A DNA stretch of 64,000 nucleotides from Felis catus (Eukaryota), in NCBI RefSeq assembly GCF_018350175.1, contig NC_058368.1:12586001-12650000 (forward strand). The letters run 5' to 3'. Below are positions 13,220-25,239 of this stretch, one piece after another; within the stretch, counting starts at the first letter, position 1; every line of letters begins with the position of its first letter. Below the pieces are notes generated by a model. It saw only the letters and a program-made list of their open reading frames with translations. It did not search any database and was not told the DNA's origin. The translations under genes were made by a program, and so were the position numbers.

Positions 13220-13605
13220 TTGTTTTTTGTTTTTTTTTTTTAGTTTTAAGGCTTTATTGCAGTTATAATACACAGACGTTTCATGTGTCAAGTCAATATA
13301 ACTATCCATAATAACTAATCAATACTATTGCTACTAACTTGCATTTATCCTTTGCAATTAGTACAATTTATATTGATTAACTACACCTTTTATTTTTTCA
13401 ACAATGATGGGAGATAGAACATGGACCCAAGTCTACACTGTAGCACAGCAGTTCTTAATATCTGAACCACGTATGTTTGGTGTACCCAAGATGCTTTCAG
13501 ATATATAAGGAAAAAGTTTTTCTACAATGATACTAAACTATCATTTACCTTTTTTACTGTGTTGATATTTGGTCTCAAGGTACAAAAGCAGGTAAAAGTA
13601 TTGGT
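13220..13605 (-). mobile_element. L1-mediated retrocopy or orphan transduction of a polyadenylated RNA 3' end, containing a Charlie1-like fragment (about 13447-13605)
   Basis: Perfect 15-bp TSD ctgactgttgttttt at 13205-13219 and 13606-13620; poly(T) at 13220-13241; AATAAA on the minus strand at 13258-13253; right TSD is followed by aaa (TTTT/AA site). Confidence 0.85.
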
Positions 13606-13940
13606 CTGACTGTTGTTTTTAAATAAAGAAGGTATATGAACCATTTTGTCTCAATATCAAAAGGCACATTTTAAACTTTATTTTATCCTCAATTTTTTAA
13701 CTCTATAGTCTCATTTCAGGATAAATTTTGGTTACATGATAATCTACTCTGCTTTGTTGCTATTACCCTATGAGTGTTGTTTTTCCCAATTAAATATATG
13801 ATATATATTTCTTATGATATATAAGAAACAGATGTTTTTTAAGAGCTGTTTGGGCTTATTTTCACACCAGACTTCCTTTGTGGTTATCCTTTTATGTCAA
13901 GAAAAACAGACCTTGGCTTTCCTTATTAAAGCTTTGAGTG

Positions 13941-13983
13941 TATATATATATATCTATATATATCTATATATAGATATATATAT
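13941..13983. repeat. Imperfect (TA)n microsatellite
   Basis: tatatatatatatctatatatatctatatatagatatatatat. Confidence 0.9.
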
Positions 13984-14367
13984 GCTTAGCTTAATTGTAA
14001 CAACCTCAAATGAGTCCCATCATTTTCTGAAACCTTCAAATTTCCAAAATTTTTAATCTAATTCCTGCCTAGGAAAATCGACGTATGTTGCTGATGTTAT
14101 GTGCTGGCCACCCAGACATAACCAAAAACATACAGTCTACTTCCTTTCCATGAAGACTAAACGTGCAATTTGTTCTATGAATAATGTCAGTTGCCTTGAA
14201 GACTACACTCAGGCTGCATTTCATTTCCACTATCAGCCAACAGAGTTACAGCTACCATTGTGTCAATGAGTATCTCATCTTCAACCACAGTCTAGCTTGG
14301 GTTTTACTACCTATTACCTTAGGCAATCTCCATATTGATAAAGAAGTGAGACAGGTTTTCCAAAACC

Positions 14368-14402
14368 TGTAGTAAAACATGTAGTAAAAACATGTAGTAA
14401 AC
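14368..14402. repeat. Short tandem repeat, tgtagtaaaa(a)ca x3
   Basis: Directly visible. Confidence 0.85.
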
Positions 14403-16169
14403 AGGTGGGAATACTAGTTTGTAGTACTAAATCACAGCTCAACCACTGAGTCCCTCCTCCCATTTACCTTTACATTGATCTCTTTATTTATCTTGTCTCT
14501 TCAATATGAAAATCTTTCAAGTTGATTTGATGGCCAAATTAGCTGATTTATTTATTTTATGTATCATCTGTTATCAAGACCATAATCAGTCTTTCCTTCT
14601 CTATTTAGAGCTAGCTGTCATGTGATGCTGTCACATCCACGATTAACAAGTATGTTGGACACTGTTGTGTCTTCTCATGGGCCCATTTCCCATGAGCCCC
14701 AGTCACTGTGGAGAGGATTGGATTTGGTGAAGATGGAGTTAAATGTGTGAGGGCTTCTTGGAATGTATAATCCTTGAAACTCTGAAATGATAAATGATTT
14801 GGAGCATATGTGGTTATTATTGTGGTTCTTTAGCTCATGTTACTTTAGTACCATGGGAGTCAAGAAAGTACACATATGCAAGGCTCTGTAATATGAACTA
14901 GAAAGTCCTTTAACCATGTACATCAGCAGCAACCAATTTTTTAGTAGTATAATATAAGTCATTAAAATAGTGTCTAATAAAAAAGAGCTGTGGTATCAAC
15001 AGACTGATTTCAGGAAAACCAACTAGAATGCCACTGATATCTCCATATATGTGAACTGAAGTTTTAAAAGCATCTATTTCTTTGCAAACAGAGAATAATA
15101 ACACATTTACTCTCAAGCCTTAAGCCAACATAAAATATTTACAAGAACAGCATAGCAACTGATGTGCTTTAATTTGAGCAATTTGGAATTATCCTCTGCT
15201 AAGTTTGGACTCCAGAGTAAAGTGCTATCCCAATGTTGATAAAAGGGTTATGATGGAAATGATATGGTGGGAGTTAAAATAGATCAAAACTCAAATTTCT
15301 CTGATCACTTTACTATAAGACTTCTTATAGTCCCTTTATTTCAGAATATTGTTGTGTATTTAAAAATCCAACATTTAAAAATATTTGCATTTTTGTGGCA
15401 GTCAAGAGATAAGATAATAGGATCTCTACTATTGTAATGAGAAAAAGATAATAAGATGGGCTTTAGGTAAAAAGATAACCAATAAGATTAAATGAGTCTA
15501 AATGCTTTCTATTAAAGGAATTCAAATAATACACATAAAATAACAATCTCAAATAACTTCCTTAAAAGATGAAAGACAAATAATTCTTGTATTAAATAAA
15601 CAGGAGTGCAAATTACAGAGAAAGATCATGAGGAATCAGAAGTAAATACTTTATACAGTGTGATCCAAAAGTTATAAGACATTAATTGTGCCTCCTTCAT
15701 ATTTTCATACACAATGCTTCAGAAATACTAATTAATTGAGAGACGAACTTTGAAATAGTCTTGAATTCTCCCTACTGCAACTAAACTATTTTGAGTACAT
15801 TACAGTTCAAATCCTAGCACATGAATTAACCTCAGAAATTGTTTAGTCCAAAACACTTATTCTTATGAATGACAGAAGTAAGGCTAAGAAAAATTAACTG
15901 ATTTGAATGAGTAAAAAAATTTTTAGAGTGAAAGTAAGGACAAGCATCCAGGCTTCTTGAAACCTTGGCCACCCATCTTTTCAGACCAAATTATCAAGCC
16001 ATTTTAATTTAACATTTAAATTTAATTATGCAATTTTTAAAAGAAAATAAAGCTAAGAATTAGAAAAACATTTGAGAAGGGAAATAAGATGGACAATTTC
16101 TCATAGTTCTGTATAGTCACATGTATGAAGATATTTTTTATCCTGTCACTTAGCTATGTTCCTTTTTAA

Positions 16170-16386
16170 AAATTGTTTTAATGTGTATTTATTTTTGAGA
16201 GAGAGAGAGTGCTTGTGCACAAGCATGAGTGAGGGAGGGGAAGAGAGAGAGACACAGAATCTGAAGCAGGCTCCAGGCTCTGAGCTGTCAGCACAGAGCC
16301 CGACGCGGGGCTGAGACTCAGGGACTGCAAGATCATGACCTGAGCTGAAGTCAGATGCTTAACCAACTGAGCCACCCAGGCGCCCC
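16170..16386 (-). mobile_element. CanSINE
   Basis: 13-bp TSD tgttcctttttaa at 16157-16169 and 16387-16399. Confidence 0.95.
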
Positions 16387-17235
16387 TGTTCCTTTTTAAT
16401 TATTAGCCTTAACAGCACCTGAACAGAATATTTTAGAGATGATCAATGAAAAATTTTGCTTGCGGTTAAATAAATCCATTCCAGGTGCTCTTTGCCTTGT
16501 TATTTCTTCAGACACAATCGATTGAATGCTTGATGAAACCCTTTCTGTCTCAGACTGTGATAACTTTTTCTAACATTTTGTTTATATATTTAGCAGTAAA
16601 AGGACTCAAGGACTGCCAAGTATTAATCAAGTAGAACCCAGTACAGTAGGGAGTCTATCCTGAGGGGAGCACCACTCATGAAGTCAGGCAGTAAGAGAAA
16701 ACATTCTAACCATAATTCTAGTTTCTAACTACATGATATGAAGGCATGGATTTTCTTTTATCAAATTTGTATGACGAAGATGACAAACTTGTTTTACGGA
16801 TTACCAAATAATGCTTCAGTGTGAATGTTATATTTATAGGATGCCTGCTTGTTTAAGGATAACAGTAGTAACTACTAGAAAAAATTTATGGTGTTAAAAA
16901 AAGAACTTGAAAAAGTAATGACAACCTCAAAAGATTACCATGACACCACAGTTCCCTTCTCTACCTGCCCTAATTCCCTCCCTAATTTTCCATAATTCTC
17001 CTAAAAAATAAATTATATCAGGAGGATAGAAGCAGTTGTTCCAGCTGAGAAATTTCTAGAAAGGCCCTACTTCTGTGACACAGTCCTTCGGTTATATCCT
17101 GCATCATGGTCTGCCCCAAAGAAAGCTGGCTCTTGGAAGCTGGGGTCTTCAGTTAGAACTGAATGCAAGAAGACCAAAACTTCCTTCCTGATGACCTGAA
17201 TCTGTAATCAGTGCTTGTTCTTACAAGTATGGATT

Positions 17236-17394
17236 GGGGGACGCCTCGGGGGCTCAGGTGTTTGAACATCTGCCTCTTGATTTCAGCTCAGGTCACGATC
17301 CCAGGGTCTGGGGATCCAACCCTGCGAGGACAGGTTCCAAGCTGAGCATGGAGCCTGCTTAAGATTCTCTCTCTCCCTCTGCCCCGTCCCCCCA

Positions 17395-17443
<49 letters not shown>

Positions 17444-17492
17444 GCGCACGCGTGTGCTCTCTCGATCTCTCTCTCTCAAAACAAACAGAAAA
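17236..17492 (+). mobile_element. CanSINE containing a long (CA)n/(CG)n tract
   Basis: Head gggggacgcctcgggggctcag; (CA)n of about 22 units at 17397-17441 followed by gcgcgcacgcgtgtg. Confidence 0.9.
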
Positions 17493-17785
17493 CATGATTG
17501 GAGTGGGAAAGTAAATGGACAAAAAGAAGGAAATGAAAACTGAGTGCCCTCTATGTGGCAAACAGTATTAAGTTTCACATCTATGATATCATTGTATCAC
17601 TCATCCAAAATGCCCTCAATTTCCTATGAGTGAGGAAACTGAAGCTTAGGAAGGTTAAAAATCTATCACCGATTAGTTGGTAAATGGTATAGTTGGAATG
17701 CAAACTCAAGTTTCTCTATTCCTGAAAGACATTTCAGTATGTAATTAAATAAGTAAATAAAAATTCATACAGAATTAACTCACAA

Positions 17786-17967
17786 TTTTTTTTTAATGTC
17801 TATATTTATTTTTGAGAGAGTCCAAGCAGGAGAGGGGCAGAGAGGAGGACAGAGGATCCAAAGTGGGCTCCGTGTGGACAGCGGCAAGCCCGAGGTGCGG
17901 CTCAAACTCATGAACCACAAGACGATAACCTGAGCCAAAGTCGGACGCTCAGACACCCAGGCACCCC
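17786..17967 (-). mobile_element. CanSINE
   Basis: Reverse head cccaggcacccc and T-rich tail. Confidence 0.9.
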
Positions 17968-18797
17968 TCACAAGTGTTTTTAAAGAAAGACATAGTCATT
18001 TCACAAGCATGAAATATCATATACAGTAGGACAAAATTAAATATTATAAACCCAAAAAGCTGTTTATGGTTTTGATAGATAGAAAAATATTATCAAAACA
18101 TTAATATTACCCCTTAAAATTATTTTTAAGCAACAAAACATTTTAAATAAAAATAAGACCATTTTTAAATTTCTCTGGGAAACAAGTGTGCTAAGGGCCA
18201 GTATCCTGACTTAATACTTCTTCTATTAAGCTGACTTTCCCCCCTTAACTCTCAAAAGACATTCAGAGCACAGTATTTCAAAGCTAGTTTGACACGTACT
18301 GTCACAATGACAAAAATGACCGATGAAAATCAATGGACATGTCAAAACAGCAGCTCATGTTCATGGGTCCTTTTATGACGGATCTCAGTAAAATGTCTTT
18401 ATTTCAGTGCTTACGAGAATAGCTGCAGCTCTCAAAGTGTGGCCGGCAGATCCCTGGGAGTCTCTGAGACCTTTCAGGACATTTGTGAAGTCAAAATTAA
18501 TTTCTTTAGAAGGCTAAGATATTATTTGCCTCTTTCACTATATTGATACTTGTACTAATGGTGCAAAACCACAGAAGTAAACTGTTCATGGTGCCTTAGT
18601 ACAAAGTGGCCCCAGATTATACCTACAATCATTGTACTCTTCAATGCCAGGCACTAGCAGTGGAAAAACAAAGCACAAGTTTACCTAAGAGTGTCCTTGA
18701 TGAAGCAGTAAAAATTGTTTTATTACATTTCAACCCTGAATATACAACTTTTAAATATTCTGTGTGACAACATAGCAAGGAAGCAGAAAGCATTTTC

Positions 18798-18828
18798 TTT
18801 TTTTTTTTTTTAACGTTTATTTATTTTT

Positions 18829-18870
<42 letters not shown>

Positions 18871-18995
18871 CTGAAGCAGGCTCCAGGCTCTGAGCTGTCA
18901 GCACAGAGCCTGACTTGGGGCTCAAACTCATGAATCGTGAGATCATGACCTGAACCAAAGTTGGACACTTCACCGACTGAGCCCCTCAGACACCC
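18798..18995 (-). mobile_element. CanSINE nested in Charlie1a
   Basis: TSD cagaaagca(t/c)tttc at 18784-18797 and 18996-19009; (GA)n tract. Confidence 0.95.
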
Positions 18996-19179
18996 CAGAA
19001 AGCACTTTCACTGCATAGGAAAGTATGATGGTTGGCTTAAGGAAAAGCAGGTACGATTGAGTTGCAAACTGAAACAGAGGCTTTTCCCATGAAGGATTAT
19101 TTTTACTTGAATGAACTGACAGACTATACTTATTCAGACTTGGGTATTTGACAGACATCTCAAAAGTTAACAAAGTGAT

Positions 19180-19400
19180 GGGGCACCTGGGTGGCTCAGT
19201 CAGTTGGGCGTCCGACTTCAGCTCAGGTCATGATCTCATGGTTCACGGGTTCGAGCCCTGTGTCGGGCTCTATGCTGACAGCTCAGAGCCTGAAGACTGC
19301 TTTGTGGATTCTTTCTCCCTCTCTCTCTGTCCCTGCCCAGCTCATACTCTGTCTCTCTCTCTCTCTCTCTTAAAAATAAATAAAACATTAAAAAAAAAAT
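19180..19400 (+). mobile_element. CanSINE nested in Charlie1a
   Basis: Head ggggcacctgggtggctcagtc; flanking repeat caaagtga. Confidence 0.95.
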
Positions 19401-19940
19401 TATCAAAGTGAGATTATCACTTCAAGGAAAAGTGACAGTATTTTTTGCCAACGATAAAACTCAAGCTTTTAAGAGAGAGAATTAGAGTTTTGGAAAACTT
19501 TTATCTACCATTATAAGCTTGATAGCTTTCAAAGGCTACTGAGAATTGTGTGGCGTAAATGAACGTGATTTTTGGAAATTATACAATGAAATGTGTCAAC
19601 ATTTGGAAGATCTACATAAACCAACATTTTCCAAATAACCAAAACATAATGTTATAAAATCATGAATAAAAGATACATTCAAAGTCCAAATATGCCCAGT
19701 CAATTTCAATGTAACAGAATATGAAAAGCTCATTGATACAGTTTCTGAATCTCTGAAACTACTGCTTGCTAGGTTTTGGTGTAGTATAAAAGAAGCCTAC
19801 ACACAATTATCTAAAAAGGCTATTAAAATACTCCTCCTTTTCCAACCACATAATTATATGAGGTTATACTTTTTCATATACTTCCACCAAAACAACACAG
19901 CAATAAATTGAAGCAAAAGCAGATATAAAAACCCAGTTAT

Positions 19941-20157
19941 GGGGCGCCTGGGTGGCTCAGTTGGTTAAGCATCCGACTTCAGCTCAGGTCATGATCTCAC
20001 AGTTTGTGAGTTCGAGCCCCGCGTTGGGCTCTGTGCTGACAGCTCAGAGCCTGGAGCCTGCTTCATGTTCTATGTCTCTCTCTCGCTCTGCCCCTCCCCC
20101 ACTCATGCTGTCTCTGTCTCTCAAAAATAAATAAATATTTAAAAATTTAAAAAAAAT
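19941..20157 (+). mobile_element. CanSINE nested in Charlie1a
   Basis: Head ggggcgcctgggtggctcagttggttaagc, CT tract, A-rich tail. Confidence 0.95.
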
Positions 20158-20474
20158 ACATTTGTCTTCTATTAAGTCAGTCATCAGAGATTTGCAAAAA
20201 ATATATTTTAAGAAGTGGCAAAGCAGTCAGTGAAAAATGAATTTAAAACTCTTCTCACTACATATTTTTTTTTTGTTTTGGAATATATAGTAATGTTTCA
20301 CTTATTCTAATTATGTTAAGTAATAGGCTTATTGTTATTATTTGTACTAATTTATGAAAAATAACTTTAAATTTCTGTTCTAATTCCTAATACAGAATTT
20401 TTTTTTCATTTCTAATATAGTAAATATCAGTAGTTGTAACCCACATAAACAAAAGCTCTTTGGAGTCCTCAATA

Positions 20475-20681
20475 TTTTTTTTTTTTAATTTATTTTTGGG
20501 ACAGAGAGAGACAGAGCATGAACGGGGGAGGGGCAGAGAGAGAGGGAGACACAGAATCGGAAACAGGCTCCAGGCTCTGAGCCATCAGTCCAGAGCCCGA
20601 CACGGGGCTCGAACTCAGGACCGCGAGATCGTGACCTGGCTGAAGTCGGACGCTTAACCGACTGCGCCACCCAGGCGCCCC
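20475..20681 (-). mobile_element. Young CpG-rich feline CanSINE nested in Charlie1a
   Basis: Perfect 13-bp TSD ggagtcctcaata at 20462-20474 and 20683-20695. Confidence 0.97.
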
Positions 20682-20859
20682 AGGAGTCCTCAATAATTTT
20701 TAAGAAGAGCTATGGTGTCCTGAGGCCAAGATATTTATGAACCACTGTGCTTTAGAAATAATATGTTCAATAATTAGTTATATGATGGTATATAGCCAAG
20801 ACTGAATTTTGTTCAGAATTTGCCTTCCTTTTTTTAAAGATGAGTTTCTCAATGTAGGA

Positions 20860-21467
20860 GATATAAGCTTTCTGACTTAGCATCTCTTCAGGAAAACCAC
20901 CCACCTGCTATTTTCAGTACAAGTGGCTGGTCCTGTTCTTGGATCAAGAGGACATAAACAGCTTTACCTGTCAGAGTACTGCAACCCCCTGAGGAATGGG
21001 AAGATGACTCAGACAGGCCAAAAAAAGGAATCTCTGCATTTTTACAATTTTGGCTATGTTGTTAGCTCTAAGAATGATGCAAGCCCAGAACTGTGGGTGG
21101 ATATCTTTGCTAAAAAGTAGGGTAACTATCAGAATGCAGCCAACACAGGAAGTAAAGACAAAAGGAAAAAAATGTGTCCTGATGACACTGAACCTCTATA
21201 ACCAACATGCTTGAAGATGGATATATCTCTGGCCTTTCTGGTTATGAAAGACAATTAACTCCTTCTACTTCAGTGTTTATAAACCGGATTCCTATTGCCT
21301 GCACCAAAATGAATCTTAATACAGAATCTACTACCTGGAAATGGGCACCTAGGTGGCTCAGTCAGTTAAGCATCTGACTCTTGATTTCGGCTCAGGTCAT
21401 GATCTCATGGTTCATGAGTTTGAGTCCTGCATCAGGCTCTGTACTGAAGCATGGAGCCTGCTTGGGA

Positions 21468-21499
<32 letters not shown>

Positions 21500-23512
21500 G
21501 CCCCTCCCTCCCTCACAAGCACATATTCCCCCCCCCCCCCAAATAAATAAACATAAAAAAAAATGGACTTTAAAATGTGATATTAGCTCAGCTGAGATGA
21601 GGTCGAGAACTCACCCATTCCAGGTTAGGGAAAGAGTAAAAGCTATTATTTGATAGCAAAGTGTCAGTTAAAAGGCTCCTAATGTATCTTAGAACTCAAA
21701 TCACATAATATCAAGGATAGAGTTTTTGATCAGGAAAAAGTGTCAAAATCTTGGAGGGTGTTGGCTCCTTCTTTCAGCCTTCAGAGAAAAGGACAGCCTG
21801 TAGCCTAATCTGGCAGTTGTGAAAGCAGAGAGGAAAAGGGATGCAGTCTTTCTTGAGAGTCGTCCTTTCTGCCTATGCCTGGCACTCTAAAATGGTCAAT
21901 AGCAGATATACATGTGTCTTTTGTGGTGGTAGATATATAAATATCTGCCCCTTGCTAAAGTCAGTGCAAGTGGAAAACACAATGGGAAAAGGGATGGAGA
22001 TCCTGGTGAACCAGAGCGCTGGAGGGTCATTTCCAAACACATGCCCTGACTAACAGAGAACAGTTACAACTCCTCCAGGAAAGCCATCTCCAGGACTCCA
22101 ACCACTGGGAAGATTAAGATCTGCAGGATGTCAGCTCATGGTCTCCCAGTTTGGGCTCCAGATGGCCTGGGGGAGGGGCAGAGTCTAAAGCCAGATTGTT
22201 CAGAGGAACAAACAATGAGGGCTGGAACCAGAGTGGTGGGCCATGACTATACAAGAGTCAATCCAGAAAATATCCAGGAAATAAACAGCATGCCAGTCCT
22301 AGCAAGAGGTCCGGTGGCATTGCCAGAGAAATGCCGAGGCTCACCAAACAGACCTGACGATGCCCAACTTATAAGGCAGATTTCAGGCCCCAAACCTGTA
22401 CCAACAGCAAGGAGGAACTGCAATGTTTGTAGCTGTTAAGACGAAAGCCTCCCAGTGTGCATCTGCCATGTGGCTATGTAGGACAATGGAAAGGGAGTAG
22501 CTCCCAGAAAGCAGTGACAGGCCGGCCAGATTCTTGAACAAAGAACTCCCTCCACTGCCAGGTCAGGTAGTCCTTGCTTTCTTTGTCCAGCCTGAGATGA
22601 CTGCTATGAGACTGAGATCACTGTTAGTGGTTGCCTTTCTTCTCTCCCTTCGCCAAACGCAAGTTTTGTTGCAGCAAGTGTTTTCTCTCTGCCACTGTTA
22701 ACTGGTAGTGTTAAACACAACATTTGGCCAGAGGTTGCCTGAACACGAGGAGCTAGTTTAGATACAACCAAGAAAAATATCATAACTTAGAGATTCTGGA
22801 ATTAAAGTTGAAAAGAGTAACAGCTACCTCCCTTTAGAGTGGAGGCAGAGGAAATTTTCTTTGTATAGGTGTATTTGCATTCTATTAGCCAGGGCCATTT
22901 GGGGAATTATATAAGTGCCAAAGAAGGTATATGTAGATGCGGGGCAGCCAATGCGAGATGTAGTTAACCTGTGTTTTGTTCAGCCCCAAATCTCTTTGGG
23001 ACACTATCTCTTCCCCATTCTGAGTCCAGTGGTTTGGGTGGGCTGATCCCATCTACTTGGTTCTATGAGCAAGCACAGTCCCAGGAGTCTGGCCAGTTAA
23101 GTACTCGATTTCTTCAGGCATTGTGATTACGTCCAGGGATGGTCACATGATCAAAACCAGGCCAATAAAAGCTCCCCCTGGGACTTTGGTTGGAGCTATT
23201 GAAACTAGACTTTTTTGTATTTTTTCATTAGGAATGCCAGCTGCCAGTACAGTGCAAACACAGAAATATTGCTAGTCATTTTTGCTACATTGTGGGGAGA
23301 GCCTACCCAATAATGGAGCGAATAGCTAGTTTAGCAAAGCAGAGAGATGAGTAAAAAAGTCTTTATGAACTCCTGGATCTAGCCCTATGTAATGCTAGAC
23401 AGACAGATTAGTTTTGTCTTTGCAAATTATTTGAGCCAACAGATATCTTTTTCCACTTCAATGAGTTTGAGTTAAGCTTTTGTCATTTTCAAACAAAAGA
23501 ATCCTAATATAC
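20860..23512 (+). mobile_element. Ancient MaLR (MLT1K/L-like) element, probable LTR-internal-LTR structure
   Basis: Two LTR-like blocks end in similar termini (gcaccaaaatgaatcttaataca at about 21323; caaacaaaagaatcctaatataca at 23512). The first is followed by an internal-start-like tacctggaaatgg; the second (from about 22959) is preceded by ggggcagccaa and contains tgattacgtccagggatggtcacatgatcaaaaccaggccaat. Confidence 0.55.
21343..21563 (+). mobile_element. CanSINE
   Basis: Head gggcacctaggtggctcagtcagttaagc, (CT)n tract, A-rich tail. Confidence 0.95.
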
Positions 23513-25239
23513 ATAACCAAATAAAGTGATTTTTATTTCATTTTTATTTTTTTAAAGAGAAATCATTGAACGTTCACCTAAAACAATACTTTCTTTTAAA
23601 AAAAAATCACATGTATTTCTGGAGTCCAATATGTATTTGCTTCCTTAACAAATATAGCATGTCAGGAGAGAAGTCGTTAAGGATTCTATAGGGGGAAAAT
23701 CACTGTAACTTGATGTAGCATTAGAAACTAATTAAAGTCGCAAAAATCTGTTCTAGAGGATAATGCCCCAGGACTGAGTGATGAGAGCCAACCATTTATT
23801 ATTTATATCCTACTTACATTCAAAAAAGTTTTGTGTCTCTTTGCCATAAAATGCACTATCTAATAAAAAAAAAAACACTGAAGCAAGTTAAAAGTCAAAA
23901 TATCCAAGTTATAAAGTGAAGGAGAGGGTTGAACTAAAAAGCCTAGGTTGAGTCTCTCTGCTGGAATCAAGGACAAAATTGGTCTCTGAGCTTCTGAAAA
24001 GGCAAAGCAAAATGGGTATTAAGAAGTTTTGTAGCATGGTTATCTTACTTAAAACTTAAAGGACCCACTTCATCAGAGAGAGATTATCTTATTTCTAACA
24101 CTAAAGTCTAGAAATAATTTATGACCTAGCTCTTCATACACTAGCACTGAATAATATAATTGAGAGTCTTTAACAGAAGCTTCATAAGAGATACAGAAAT
24201 ATCCTTTTTATGGCTATTATAGAAAAACTGACCCTTAATTAAAGCTCAGAGGCCCTTGTTAAATTATAAATCTGTGAAGGCAATTCTGGGGGGAAGATTA
24301 AAATAATGAAGCACACATGATCTGTTCTTAGTCTTGTGGCATGATATAGAAGCAGACTTTATAGAGTATTCTAGGTGAAAAGCAGATGAGAGTAGTATGT
24401 CCCTTAAGACCACTCCCCACAAACATCTGTTGATTCATAAAAGCTTATAATAAAAGTTATAAAGAAAACCACTGGAAACTAAAGACTAAGATCAGTAAAG
24501 GAAATTAAGTATCTAAAGCAGACGGCTGACTAAAAAGATATCTATGTGCACAAAGCCCCTATTAGGTGAGCAAAGTTTTATCATGAAAATCAAAGTCTTA
24601 CTTGCATTTCTTCCACAATGAGAATAAGAAGTATAAGAACATATAACAAAGAGCTTTTGGAATTCAGAGTCTTAGAGAAGAGACAGAGTCCCTTCCCTAG
24701 AGCAAAGAAAGAGGTTTTTTTTTTTGGTTTTGTTTTGTTTTTTGTTTTTATTGAATGCTTTTTATCATTCTTCAACCATAGCTTTAGTAAAGTTCTTGTA
24801 ACCTCAGTCTAGATTTCTGCATGATCTTTCTCTCCAGGCTTCCTACTTGTGGATTTACTTCAATTACTTTCTTCTCATGATTTACTTTGACCATGTTGGT
24901 CAATTCCTCACAGGACCTACTGTATTTTTTAAATGCTCTAAAACACAAGATTGCAAGTTATGCTTACAAATCCTTCTAATTTATTTTACCTTCCTGTTAT
25001 TTATTCCCTTCATTTGTTTGTGTTTCCCATTCTACCATCCTTACTAATATCTCCTTTTTCTGCCTTTTGACTAGCCAGGGTCTTTTGGCCTATGTAAATA
25101 TCCTCAAAATTTCCACAGAGGGCAAGGAACTCTCACTCATGCCCCTGGAGGGATTAGGAAGGAAGGAAGGAACACTTGGGGTCCCTCCTTCTCTCCCTCA
25201 TTCAGTCCTCCCCTCTGGAGGAGGAGGGACTTATCTCAG

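Larger units (their letters stand above)
18423..20747 (+). mobile_element. hAT-Charlie DNA transposon (Charlie1a-like), apparently end to end, with four nested SINEs
   Basis: Left end ctgcagctctcaaagtgtgg and right end atgaaccactg resemble the recalled Charlie1 termini; decayed transposase phrases (aagagtgtccttgatgaagcagtaaaaatt = KSVLDEAVKI; ctgcataggaaagtatgatggttggcttaaggaaaa resembling LHTEVRWLSRGK); about 1.45-1.5 kb once SINEs are removed. Confidence 0.85.

Noticed and set aside
16420..16570. Minus-strand open stretch KKLSQSETERVSSSIQSIVSEEITRQRAPGMDLFNRK..
   Set aside because: No polypyrimidine tract, weak donor and no recognised homology; consistent with chance.
22128..22439. 103-aa ORF
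   Set aside because: Lies inside the probable MaLR internal region with no recognisable gag/pol or other motif.
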